Origin: Mobula hypostoma | Taxonomy: Eukaryota | DNA: 64,000 nucleotides | Direction: 5' to 3' | NCBI RefSeq assembly: GCF_963921235.1 | Contig: NC_086100.1 | Location: 200,076,001 to 200,140,000 of the forward strand | In this document: piece after piece, positions 14,401 through 25,906 of the stretch | How the letters are laid out: each line of letters starts with the position of its first letter | How positions within the stretch are numbered: the first letter of the stretch is position 1 | The notes under the pieces: generated by a model | Told to the model about the DNA's origin: nothing | Databases searched by the model: none | What the model saw: the letters and a program-made list of their open reading frames with translations, nothing else | Made by a program: the position numbers and the translations under genes

Positions 14401-15443
14401 TGGAGATGGTGTCCTCTGTTGAGCTGTTGGTGCGATAAGCAAATTGATGGGTGTCCAGGGTAGAGGGCAGACAGGATTTCAGATGTGATAGAACCAGTCT
14501 CTCAAAGCACTTTGCAATGATGGGGTGAGTGCAACTGGATGGTGGTGATCTTGAAGCTTGTGGGGACAACTGCCTGGGCCAGGGACAGATTAAAAATGTC
14601 CATGAAGACCCCGGCCAACTGCCCTGCACAGGCCCTGAGCACACGGCTTGGTATTCCATCCAGACCAGCTGCCTTCCGTACATTCACCCTGCTCAGGGTG
14701 GCGTAAACATCGGAGGTGGAAAGTGAGAGAGGCAGTTCACCAGGTGGGAGATCCGCTTTGAGAGTGACCTCCTTGTTCTCTCGGTCAAAGCAAGCGTAGA
14801 AGTAATTGAGCTCATCAGGGAGGGAAGCTGAGCTGGAAGGGGGCACAGTACTAGGAGGTTTGAAGTCTGTGATGACCTGTATGCCATGCCACATGCGCTG
14901 GGGGTCCGAGGAGTTGAAATGCTCCTTGATTCTCTGTTCGTATATGTGTTTAGCCTGAGAGATTCCCCTCCTCAGGTTGGCCCTGGCTGAGCTGTAAGCC
15001 TCCAGGTCTCCAGACCTGAAGGCTGAATCTCTGGCTTTGAGCAGGAGGCGAACTCCTCTGTTCATCCATGGTTTCCGATTGGGGAAAACTTTTATTTGTT
15101 TTTGTGGTGTCACTCTATCTACACAGTTGTTGATGTGCTCAAGGACAGAGTTAGTATATAAATCTGAGAGTCTGTGGTAGCACGGACAGCAAACGTGCTC
15201 CAGTCTGTGTGCTGGAATTGGTGTTGAACAGCAGAGTCAGCACCCTCCAGCCAGATCTCAATAGTCTTCATTGTGGATTTTGCATGTTTAATGACCGGGC
15301 TATACCTGGGAAACAGAAACAGTGAAAGATGGTCGGACTGTCATTCTGATAGAGCAATTAACAGTATAATAACCTCGTCAGGAAGCTTAACAGTAGACCC
15401 ATTGGAAATTAATAACAGCTTTAGAGAATTTTATGAACATTTA
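11453..15443 (+). mobile_element. Decayed L1-clade LINE fragment (inter-ORF region and ORF2 endonuclease/linker), interrupted by a Rex1/Babar insertion
   Basis: ORF pieces read VTSWNVRGL...IIFLQETHL, VSIYGPN, IGGDLN, IDY, SDHA (APE endonuclease motifs). GEKAGKILA precedes 13190, and the frame resumes at about 15342 with HSDRAINSI...EINNSFREFYEHL. Several frameshifts and stops. Confidence 0.85.
13190..15341 (-). mobile_element. Rex1/Babar-type non-LTR retrotransposon, 5'-truncated, nested in the L1
   Basis: Minus-strand ORFs 14502-15113 and 13382-14683 contain [24 protein letters not shown] and FLGVHI. The end of the endonuclease (QSDHLSLFL) lies near 15340. A 3' (TCTAA)n-type tail appears as ATTAG repeats at 13191-13207. 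Confidence 0.88.
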
Positions 15444-15900
15444 TTGTTACGAACCCACAGGTTTCATTTACTGTGGACTGTCGCTTTAAGCGCCTGAGTG
15501 AGGCGGGACTATGACCTCAGTCACAGGCTAAAGGAGTTTGCTTCAGATTTTTACACTGAGACAGAGAGAGACAGACAGAGACTGGGGAAGCCAGTAGCTT
15601 CAGATTGTCGCAGCTGAGGCTTGGAACTGCTGCTGCTGCAGTCTTCAGTCACTGCCTATACTCAGGATGTAGAAGTACAGCTGGGTGATCAGACTTCCCA
15701 AAGTCAGGGCGTGGAATAGGACGGTAGGCAGTCTTGATGGTGGTGTAGCAATGGTGACCGGAGGAATTGTAGAGGTGGTATTGTTCACTGTCCCTGCCCC
15801 TTGTCCTGGTTAAGGGAGATTCAGTGCTAAAATTGTGTTTGGAAGGTTTGAGACATTCGCCAACCTTGTCCCTTCAGTGGAACAGATTGTAAATAGTGTA
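15444..15900 (+). mobile_element. Possible LTR fragment inserted into the L1
   Basis: L1 ORF2 similarity stops exactly at TGTTACGAAC (15444), a typical TG-start LTR terminus. The right end was not identified. Confidence 0.35.
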
Positions 15901-16499
15901 GCATTTGTGAGTGTCACACTCCTGGGGACTCTGGGCAATGCTGTCAGTCATGGGTGAAAATGAGATATCAATCTGCATCCACTATTAAGAGACATTTACA
16001 TCCAGATCTTAAATATTTGAAGTGTAAAAATATATTACCTTCCATCACTCCTAGTTTATTTACAAAACATCTTCATTCTACAAGAACACAGACAAAATGC
16101 TGGAGGCATTCAGCAGGTCAGGCAGTATCTGTGGAGAGGAATAAACTGTTGATGTTTCATGCCAAGACCCTTCATTCTACAGTCTCCTGTTCTTGACCCC
16201 ACTGCTAATGTGAAGAGCTTCCCTGACAGCAGGTTGTCAGGGGAATAAGTGAAAGAGAATGTGAACAGGAATAGTTTGGAGGGAAATAGGTGTGGGAATG
16301 TGATTACCTCAGAGCCTGCATGGACTGAGACCAGAACACCATGGGACACAGGAGCAGAATCAGACCAATCAGCCCATTAAGTCTCCTAGAATGAATTATT
16401 GACTACAAGTGGGGGAAGCTATGAGCCAGTACTCATCGGTGATCAGAGTTGGAGAGGGTCAGAAAATTTCAATTCCTGGACATTTCAGACGATCTGTCC

Positions 16500-17900
16500 T
16501 GGGTCTCACAATTAAGTGCCATTACAAAGGAAGCATGGCAATACTTCCACTTTCCCAATGTTTGCTAAGATTTGTCATGTCATCTAAAACTTTGACAGGC
16601 TTATTGATATGTGATACAGAGTATATCGACTGGCTGCAGCACGGCCTGGTATGGAAACACAATGAAAAGAAACGCCAACAAAATCAATGGGTACAGCCCA
16701 GTCCATCATAGTTAAAGCCCTCCCCAACACTGAGCACATCTACATGGAGTACTGTTGTAAGAAATAAGCATCCATCATCAAGGACCCCCACCATCCAGGC
16801 CATGCTCTCAGATTCTCCTAAAATATTTCATGTTTTGCCTTAAATCTATCACTTCTTGTTCTATTCTCACACAACCTGAGAGGAAAAAGCTTCTTCTGCA
16901 TTATTAGGGGACTTAATATTGTGAGGGGACTTGACAGAAGCTTATAAAATCAGGAGCAATATGGATAAGGTGGTCAGTGATAGTCTTGTCTGTATGTTCA
17001 TCTACGCACTGACAGGAACAGCACGGACAATTTACACAGCTTGTCACCGAGGGGATTGGCCTATGTATATCATTTTATTTTGCGTAACTGTCTGTTTGTT
17101 TGCAGTCCTGAATGAGGTGGTATGTTTTGTAATTTCGCCCCAGAGGATGTTTCATTTGACAGTAATTAAGCTAAGCTTGAACTTAAATTCTTTTTCCCAG
17201 GCTGGGGAGTCCAAAGCTAGATGGCACAGATACAAGGTAAGAGGGCAGAGTTTAAAAGAGAGCTGCATGGTAATTTCTTACACAGAGGATACTGAGTACT
17301 TGGAATGAGCTGTGAGGGAATGTTGTTGAGACGGTACAATTGCAATATTTAACAAGCATTTGGATAGATAGAGGAAGGGAGGGTCTTGGAGGGCTATTGT
17401 TCAACATGAGTAACTGGGACTAGCAGAGACAATACTGTGGTCCACATGGACGAGTTGGTCTAAAGAGTCTGTTTCCATGCTGGATTGCTCTGTGACTCTT
17501 TTCAACCTTCCCCTATAACTCAGGTACTCAAGTCCCGGCAACATCCATGTCAATTTTCTTTCCCGTAGGTAGATGAGCAGAACTACTCACAATACTCCAG
17601 GTTCAGCCTCACCAGCATCCCAGTTCATCTGATGCAACCTTTGATATCCTTCCTCGCTGTCCACTCTGTTCCCAATCTTGGTGTCATCCACAAATTTGCT
17701 GATCAATTATCACCTAGATTATTGGTATAGATGTCAAACAACAACAGACACAGCACTGATACCTGTGGCACCAGTCACAGGCATCTAGACACAAATTTCT
17801 TGTTTAATCTTCAAAAAGCTTTAAGATTGGTTAGACATGACCTACCATGCACGAAGCCACTTTGATTTACAGTAAATAAGCCCTGTCTGTCCAAATACAG
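16500..17900. mobile_element. Mixed degenerate Rex1-like and CR1-like fragments
   Basis: Recognisable decayed pieces, e.g. TEAYKI...DKV and CR1 3' region text at about 16900-17500, and minus-strand RT remnants (TCATCCACAAATTTG, the KFxDD motif) at about 17680. Confidence 0.55.
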
Positions 17901-18184
17901 CAGATTCTTAACTAGTTTTAGCTAGTTTAAATGAGTAACACACTGTATGTTTAACTGAAGTACAGAAGAAATTAGAACACTACCACTACGACTACAGTAC
18001 TATAAAACTGTGTTTCATTCCCTGATCGTTACTGACAGAGGAATTCACATAGAGGACGCTGCTGTGTTCTTTTGATTGACAGTAAATTAACAAAATCACC
18101 CCGGACACGAGGTGCAGATAATGGACTGCCTTCATTGCCTTCCTGCATGAAATAATATTGTAATCCAACAATAAATTTCCCAGC

Positions 18185-18897
18185 ATCCAGTGTCATCACG
18201 GGCTCATGTTCAGATGTGTCACCTTCATCACGAGCTGTAGTGTCTGATGGCCACACAAGTGTCCGTGACTGACGCTGGTTAGACCGACGCTCGGCAGTAG
18301 TCTTCTGTCCCAATTCAGAGGCAGTGTCCACCAAGATTGGTTCAACGAGAATGACAGTGCCATCAAAGGTCTCCTGGCCAGGAAGAGCAAAGCATTCATG
18401 GAGTGGCAAAACGACCCAAGCTCCATTCCCAAAAAAGAGCGGTTCAAGTCCCTTCAGGCCCATGCCCAACGGGAAATTGACAAGATGCACGACCTGTGGT
18501 GGGATAGGAAAGCGGTAGAGGTGCAATGCTTCGCAGACATCAACAACTCGAAGCTGCTGTTCAGCTCCATCAAGATGATCTTTGGCCCCTCAAGATCTGG
18601 CTCATCTCCACTGTTGTCCGCTGATGGAACCACACTGCTAAAGGACAAGGAGAGCATCCAACACAGATGGAAAGAGCATTTTAGACAGCTCCTGAACCAC
18701 CCTTCATCAGTCGACCAGTCTGCTCTGGACCAAATCCCCCAACAGCCTATTCATGAGGAACTAGATGATCCTCCCTCGATAGATGAAGTCAAGAAGGCTA
18801 TCACGCAGATGAGCAGTGGCAAGGGGCCCGGCAAGGATGGAATACCTGCTGAACTGTACAAGGCACCCAGCAAGGAATCACTTGAGGCTTTCCACAG
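18185..18897 (+). mobile_element. RTE-clade LINE fragment (EN-RT linker region)
   Basis: ORF 18398-19009 N-terminal part: LLSADGTTLLKDKESIQHRWKEHFRQLLN...EVKKAITQMSSGKGPGKDGIPAELYK, typical of RTE/BovB-like ORFs. Confidence 0.75.
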
Positions 18898-19869
18898 TAT
18901 GTTTGACCTAACATCTCTGCCGGCATTCTGGATCAAAGTCAAGGCTAAATATCCTGAGATAGCCACGAAAGCACTGAAAACGTTGCTTCCATTTCCAACA
19001 TTTTTCTGAGAAGCGGAGTTTTCTGCAATGAATGCAAGGAAAACTAAATTGCCGAATAGACTGGACATAAGGAACCCCCTTCAAGTATCGCTGTCTCCCA
19101 TCACCCCTCGATAGGACCGTCTTGTTGCCGTGAAACAAGCCCCTGGGCTCCCACTGATTCAGCGATATTGGTGTGTTGCAATGATTTTATATGTTCATAT
19201 GGGGAAAATATGTGCTGTGTGCTTAATATCCAAACGTTACTTAAAATGTTATGATGCTATTGACTTATAAGTAACTAATACTGTATAACCAGAGAACAAT
19301 TACAGCACTGAAACAGGCCATCTCTGCCCTGCTAGTCCGTATCGAACGCTACTCTCACCTAATCCCACTGACCTGCACTCAGCCCATAACCCTCCATTCC
19401 TTTCCTGTCCATATACCTATCCAATTTTTCGTTAAATGATAATATCGAACCTGCCTCTACCACATCTACTGGAAGTTCGTTCAATACTTACTTCAAGCTC
19501 CCCTGATAATTGACTTAATCACTGTATTCATGCGAGGAAAATATGCGCTGTATGTTTAATATTAAATTCGTTAGATAAACCCTTTTAGAAACGAAATTGA
19601 GCATATTCGCCATTTATCACCTATATTCCAGTCGTGATTAACACCGCCCCCCAACCCCGAGCAGAATTGCCAAAAATGATTTGTAGGAAAAAATCGGCAG
19701 GTACACGCATGCGCACTGGTGCCCGCGCAAGTCTTCATGGTCATTGTAGTCTTTCTCGGGGTAAACACAACGTATTTGACTGCCACTCTTGTTCGTTGGC
19801 AACCCTACCACCCACCACCCTTGCCCCGGGTCGGCTGGTCCGCAGTGCAAAAAAGGTTGGGGACCCCTG
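18898..19869 (+). mobile_element. hAT (Charlie/Buster-like) DNA transposon 3' part with right TIR; contains a small CR1 3'-end insertion at about 19300-19480
   Basis: Translates to SLPAFWIKVKAKYPEIATKALKTLLPFPT...EAEFSAM...K...NRLD (hAT C-terminal dimerisation domain). Ends ...AAAAAGGTTGGGGACCCCTG (19869), a Charlie-type TIR. Confidence 0.8.
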
Positions 19870-21064
19870 CTCTACATTAACCAATGTTCAGTCCATGCTG
19901 GAAATCTCTCCCAGTTCCAAGTGCTCTCGTCTTCTCTCCCCAACTCCATGTGCTCTAAACTTGTTCACCAATCTCCAGTGAGAGACCTTCTCCATCACCT
20001 TCTGAAAATCCAAATACATCACATCTACTGATTCCCCCGAATGACTTCACTCGATACTCCCCCAAAGACCAGTTAAATGTGACTTCCATTTCATTAATCT
20101 ACGCTGACTCGACTCACTCATAGTATTTTCCAACAACCTTGATATAACATCCTTCGTTATAGATTCCCCCATTTCTCCGAATGCCAGTGACAGGCTAACA
20201 GTTTGGTAGCTCACTGTTTTCTCTCTGCCTCCACTCTGGAGGAGTTCAGAGAGTCTGTGGTCTGGTGACCTGACCCACTGAGTTCCAGCAGCTCGTTTTT
20301 CATCCCAGATTCCAGTCGCTGCAGACCCGTGTGTTCCCAGCAGACATCACTGAGTAGTTTCAGCAGGCAGCTCATTCCCTTCAGCACATTGAATAAAGCA
20401 CTCTGCTCACACACGGTTTCTCCTCCTTCAGATGCTGCCTGACCTGCTGAGCATTTCCAGATTTCCAGCCTCTGCAGATCTTTCATTGTCACTGACTCTG
20501 TTTGACCGTGTGAGATTTTCTAAATACCTTGTCATCGTTCCTTCAGTGTGTGTTCAGCATTTACCCAGTGACAGACATCAAGACACTGAGTTTCCTGCTT
20601 TCTACCTCCGTCCTTTCTGAAATGGTATCCTTACATTTGTAGTTTTCCAATCAGCTGGGTCCATTCCAGAATCTGGGAAATCCTGGAACATTCCAACAAA
20701 CTGGAACTCCAACATTGGAACATGAAACAGTGTGTCACAGTACAGGCCTTTTCCCCATGAGATTGTGCCAACACTTTAAACAACTCCAAGATCAATCTAA
20801 CCCCTCCCTCCCACATAGCCCTCCACTGTCCTATCACCCATGTGCCTGTCTAAGAGACTATTAAATGTCCCCAATGTATCTGCCTCTACCACCACCCCAG
20901 GAGTGTGTTCCACACACCCACCAGGTGTCTGGGACCAAAGAAAAGCTGCCTGTGTGTGTGAAGGGGAGGGGTCGGGTGTGGAAAAGCGGCTTGTTTTGCT
21001 GTTATTGTTGTTGCTGCCGGTTGTATTTTCCTGCTGAACATTGGGTTTGCTCTCTTGTCACCGG

Positions 21065-22368
21065 AAAGTCAGCATGGATTTGTGAAAGGAAAATCATGTC
21101 TGACGAATCTCATAGAATTTTTTGAGGATGTAACTAGTAGAGTGGATAGGGGAGAACCAGTGGATGTGGTATATTTGGATTTTCAAAAGGCTTTTGACAA
21201 GGTCCCACACAGGAGATTAGTGTGCAAACTTAAAGCACACGGTATTGGGGGTAAGGTATTGGTGTGGGTGGAGAATTGGTTAGCAGACAGGAAGCAAAGA
21301 GTGGGAATAAACGGGACCTTTTCAGAATGGCAGGCGGTGACTAGTGGGGTACCGCAAGGCTCAGTGCTGGGACCCCAGTTGTTTACAATATATATTAATG
21401 ACTTGGATGAGGGAATTAAATGCAGCATCTCCAAGTTTGCGGATGACACAAAGCTGGGTGGCAGTGTTAGCAGTGAGGAGGATGCTAAGAGGATGCAGGG
21501 TGACTTGGATAGGTTGGGTGAGTGGGCAAACTCATGGCAGATGCAATTTAATGTGGATAAATGTGAAGTTATCCACTTTGGTGGCAAAAATAGGAAAACA
21601 GATTATTATCTGAATGGTGGCCGATTAGGAAAAGGGGAGGTGCAACGAGACCTGGGTGTCATTATACACCAGTCATTGAAAGTGGGCATGCAGGTACAGC
21701 AGGCGGTGAAAAAGGCGAACGGTATGCTGGCATTTATAGCAAGAGGATTCGAGTACAGGAGCAGGGAGGTACTACTGCAGTTGTACAAGGCCTTGGTGAG
21801 ACCACACCTGGAGTATTGTGTGCAGTTTTGGTCCCCTAATCTGAGGAAAGACATCTTTGCCATAGAGGGAGTACAAAGAAGGTTCACCAGATTGATTCCT
21901 GGGATGGCAGGTCTTTCATATGAAGAAAGACTGGATGAACTGGGCTTGTACTCGTTGGAATTTAGAAGATTGAGGGGGGATCTGATTGAAACGTATAAGA
22001 TCCTAAAGGGATTGGACAGGCTAGATGCGGGAAGATTGTTCCCGATGTTGGGGAGGTCTAGAACGAGGGGTCACAGTTTGAGGATAGAGGGGAAGCCTTT
22101 TAGGACCGAGGTTAGGAAAAACTTCTTCACACAGAGAGTGGTGAATCTGTGGAATTCTCTGCCACAGCAAACTGTTGAGGCCAGTTCATTAGCTATGTTT
22201 AAAAGGAAGTTAGATATGGCCCTTGTGGCTACAGGGGTCAGGGGGTATGGAGGGAAGGCTGGGTTCTGAGTTGGATGATCAGCCATGATCATAATAAATG
22301 GCGGTGCAGGCTCGAAGGGCCGAATGGCCTACTCCTGCACCTATTTTCTATGTTTCTATGTTTCTATG
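21065..22368 (+). mobile_element. 5'-truncated young CR1 LINE (RT and 3' UTR)
   Basis: Nearly identical to 27707-29015. Has FADD, the 3' hairpin and the (TTCTATGT)n tail. AAAGTC is present at both junctions (21065-21070 and 22369-22374). Confidence 0.95.
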
Positions 22369-23165
22369 AAAGTCTGGTGACGCTGGTGAGCTGCCTTCAG
22401 CACATCCTTCAGTGTGTTGGCTGTGAATGTAAACACACATTTCACTGTATGTTTCAATATAGATCTGATAAATAAATGTGAATGTCTGGGAGCTTTGGGA
22501 AGAAATGTATAAAAAGGTGCCGGACAAGATCACCAACAGTACTGACTCCGGAGACAACCAGTGAAGAAGACCCTGAGTCAGGGACTCGGAGAAGAACTCA
22601 CGGTGAACCCTGGCCAGGTTCATCTGGGGTGGGGAACACCTGAACAGGGGCGCTGGGTTTTGGGAGTTGTGAAAGTAAACTAAAGAGATGTGTAACTAAA
22701 TAGTTAACGTTTGAACCGTTTAATTACTCCTTGAACAAATCTTGATCAATAAAGACAACAGTTATTGGGCAGTCATCGTCTGGTATGTTCTATCATGTGA
22801 TGTGTTTAACTGGGAATAGGGTTCACCAGTGAAGTTCACTTTGTGATCAGAAAGCCGTGGAACTGTCCAGCTAAATGTGAGTCAAAATACAACAGTCCAA
22901 TCCTAGAGGATGTACATTCAAGTGGGGTGGGGGTAGAGTTTAAAAGAGATGTGTCTGAGATTCAATATGTGAGAGAGGGGCTGGAAGTAGGGAGTGAACA
23001 AGATCCTTGTCACTCGGGACCAGTCAGAATGTGTACATCCACATTATCTAATGATTCATGGCTGGAGATAAAACTGGCGGCTGTGACCTTGCTGAGTTTA
23101 AAAAAGTCAACGTTTCAGAACTTGCACCTGTAGAAGTACAGACATAAATACAGACATACTCCAGA

Positions 23166-24468
23166 ATATACTTTATTGGCGCCAAACAATTGGTACTAGA
23201 ACGTACAATCATCACAGTGATATTTGATTCTGTGCTTCGCACTCCCTGGATTACAAAAAATTAAATATTAAAGATATTAAAAATAGTTAAAATGAGTAAA
23301 TATTAAAAATTTAAATTATGAATCATAAATAGAAAATAGAAAAATGGAAAGTAAGGTAGTGCAAAAAAAAAAAACCGAGAGGCAGGTCCGGATATTTGGA
23401 GGGTACGGCCCAGATCCGGATCCGGATCTGTTCAGCAGTCTTATCACAGTTGGAAAGAAGCTGTTCCCAAATCTGGCCGTACAGGTCTTCAAGCTCCTGA
23501 ACCTTCTTCTGGAGGGAAGAGGGACGAAAAGTGTGTTGGCTGGGTGGGTCGTGTCCTTGATTATCCTGGCAGCACTGCTCCGACAGCATGCGGTGTAAAG
23601 TGAGTCCACGGACGGAAGATTGGTTTGTGTGATGTGCTGCGCCATGTTCATGATCTTCTGCAGCTTCTTCCGGTCTTGGACAGAACAACTTCCATACCAG
23701 GTTGTGATGCACCCTAGAAGAATGCTTTCTACGGTGCATCTATAAAAATTAGTGAGGGTTTTAGGGGACAGGCCAAATTTCTTTAGTTTTCTCAGGAAGT
23801 AAAGGCACAGGTGGGCCTTCTTGGCAGTGAACTTTGCTTGGTTGGACCAAGTCAGGTCATTTGTGATATTGACCCCAAGGAACTTAAAAGCTTTTGACCT
23901 GTTCCACTTGCACACCACCAATGTAATTTGGGTCGTGCGGTCCGCTACTCCTTCTGAAGTCAACAACCAATTCCTTTGTCTTGCTGACGTTGAGGGATAG
24001 GTTATTGTCTTCACACCATGCCACCAGGTTCTTAATTTCCTCTCTGTACTCAAACTCATCATTACCCGAGATATGACCTACAATTGTTGTGTCATCAGCA
24101 AACTTATATATTGAGTTTGATGGAAACTTGGCTACACAATCATGGGTGTACAGTGAGTACAGCAGGGGGCTGAGTACACAGCTTTGTGGGGCACCAGTGC
24201 TCAGAGTGATTGTAGAGGAGAGCTTGTCCCCTATTTTTACAGCCTGGGTCCTGTCTGTGAGGAAGTTGAAGATCCAGCTGCAGATCTGAGTGCTAAGGCC
24301 CAGGTTCCAGAGCTTAGGAATCAGTTTATTTGGAATGATGGTATTAAAGGCAGAGCTGTAGTCAATGAAAAGGAGCCTTACGTATGCGCCTTTATTCTCC
24401 AGGGACGCCATCTGGGCCCGTCGCCTTCAGGAAGGCCCTTTTCACATCTTCCTCAGTGACGATGAGTT
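23166..24468 (-). mobile_element. Rex1/Babar-type non-LTR retrotransposon fragment with internal deletions
   Basis: Minus ORFs 23884-24411 ([24 protein letters not shown]) and 23316-24062. The piece at 24403-24468 reads [22 protein letters not shown]. The element is absent from the partner duplication arm. Confidence 0.88.
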
Positions 24469-24512
24469 TCAGAGTACCCTTCCAATAACTTTCCACTGTC
24501 TGCATCCTCCCT

Positions 24513-24657
24513 AGTCTCTACCACACCTAGATGACAGGCAGGTAGCTCCTCCAACACTTCAGCTGTCACCTTGGATGGTACAACAACTCTCCATCCCTAC
24601 ATAAGGCAAACCCTTTCCAGGGCAATTTCATCCCAGCACTGGCATAAAATGGGGGTT
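24513..24657 (-). mobile_element. Ty3/Gypsy pol fragment (integrase N-terminal region), continuation of 29016-29840 split by a CR1 insertion
   Basis: Reverse complement reads ...DEIALERVCLM*GWRVVVPSKVTAEVLEELPACHLGVV (decayed RVVVP...LEELHxGHxG motif). Confidence 0.65.
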
Positions 24658-24969
24658 ATAGACTGACGCTGCACATTCGAAGAAGGAGTCTGAGAGTCTG
24701 AGTGGGAGTGCCGAAAAAGAGATTTTTGAAATTTTCGTTATTTTTTTTCTCCAACGGCTTTCTGAGAGGCGGGACTGCGCAGGCGTGTGACGTCGGGCAG
24801 TGCAGCGCGGCAGATTTAAAAGGAACAGAGCCTCAGAGAGCGGGCAGCGGAGTGAGCTGGGAGCAGAGTGAAGACTTAAGGGCTTCGGCTCACCGGGCTT
24901 AGGCGGAAGCGGGCGAGGCGAGGAAGGTTTGACATTCATTTTCTGTTGCTATTTGAGGAGAGGGGCATT

Positions 24970-25906
24970 ATGACTGTGAGGGCAGTTTGCTGTTCTCGGT
25001 GTTGGATGTGGGAGGCCCTGGAGTCTCCAAGCCTCCCGGACGTCTACATCTGCGCCAAGTGCATCGAGATGCAGCTCCTAAGGGACCGCGTTACGGAACT
25101 GGAGCTGCAGCTCGATGACCTTCGTCTGGTCAGGGAGAGCGAGGAGGTGATAGAGAGGAGTGGAAGGCAGGTGGTCACGCCGGGGCCACGGGAGGCAGAC
25201 AAGTGGGTCACGGTTAGGAGGGGGAAGGGGAAAAGGAAGGTGATGGGGAGTACCCCGGTGGCTGTGCCCCTTAACAATAGGTACTCCTGTTTGAGTACTG
25301 TTGGGGGGGGACAGCTTACCCGGGGGAAGCGACAGTGGCCCTGCCTCCGGCACAGAGTCTGGCCCTGTAGCTCAGAAGGGTAGGGCAAGGAAGAGGAGGG
25401 CAGTTGTGATAGGGGACTCGATAGTAAGGGGGTCAGATAGGCGATTCTGTGGACGCAGTCCAGAGACTCGGATGGTAGTTTGCCTCCCTGGTGCCAGGGT
25501 CCGGGATATTTCTGATCGTGTCCAAGATATCCTGAAGTGGGAGGGTGAAGAGCCAGAGGTCCTGGTACATATAGGTACCAATGACATAGGTAGGAAAAGG
25601 GATGAGGTCCTGAAAGAAGAATATAGGGAGCTAGGAAGGGAGTTGAGAAAAAGGACCGCAAAGGTAGTAATCTCGGGATTACTGCCTGTGCCACGCGACA
25701 GTGAGAGTAGGAATGCGATGAGGTGGAGGATAAATGCGTGGCTGAGGGATTGGAGCAGGGGGCAGGGATTCAAGTTTTTGGATCATTGGGACCTCTTTTG
25801 GCGCAGGTGTGACCTGTACAAAAAGGACGGGTTACACTTAAATCCTAGGGGGACCAATATCCTGGCAGGGAGATTAGCGGGGGCTACTGAGGTGACTTTA
25901 AACTAG
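24970..25906 (+). pseudogene. CR1 ORF1 (Zn-finger/leucine-zipper/SGNH esterase), frameshifted
   Basis: MTVRAVCCSRC...ICAKC, then GDSIVRG, HIGTND and DGLHLN. A G8 run at 25303-25310 (G7 in the minus-strand copy) splits the frame. Confidence 0.88.

Larger units (their letters stand above)
19870..24512 (+). repeat. Left arm of an inverted segmental duplication (partner 58428-60326), expanded by later CR1 and Rex1 insertions
   Basis: 19870-20921 matches the reverse complement of about 59280-60326, 22455-23165 matches about 58475-59156, and 24469-24512 matches 58428-58471. The ORF track shows paired near-identical translations (20432/59575, 22348/58987). Confidence 0.9.

Noticed and set aside
18398..19009. 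Novel RTE-hAT fusion protein
   Set aside because: It is a chance in-frame junction of two truncated elements at about 18897. Neither catalytic domain is present and the hAT part frameshifts soon after.
20585..20700. NF-kB, CCAAT and ISRE-like promoter motifs
   Set aside because: The reverse complement is decayed CR1 ORF2 (DSGM.P.DWK..NV...F.KG), so the motifs are incidental.
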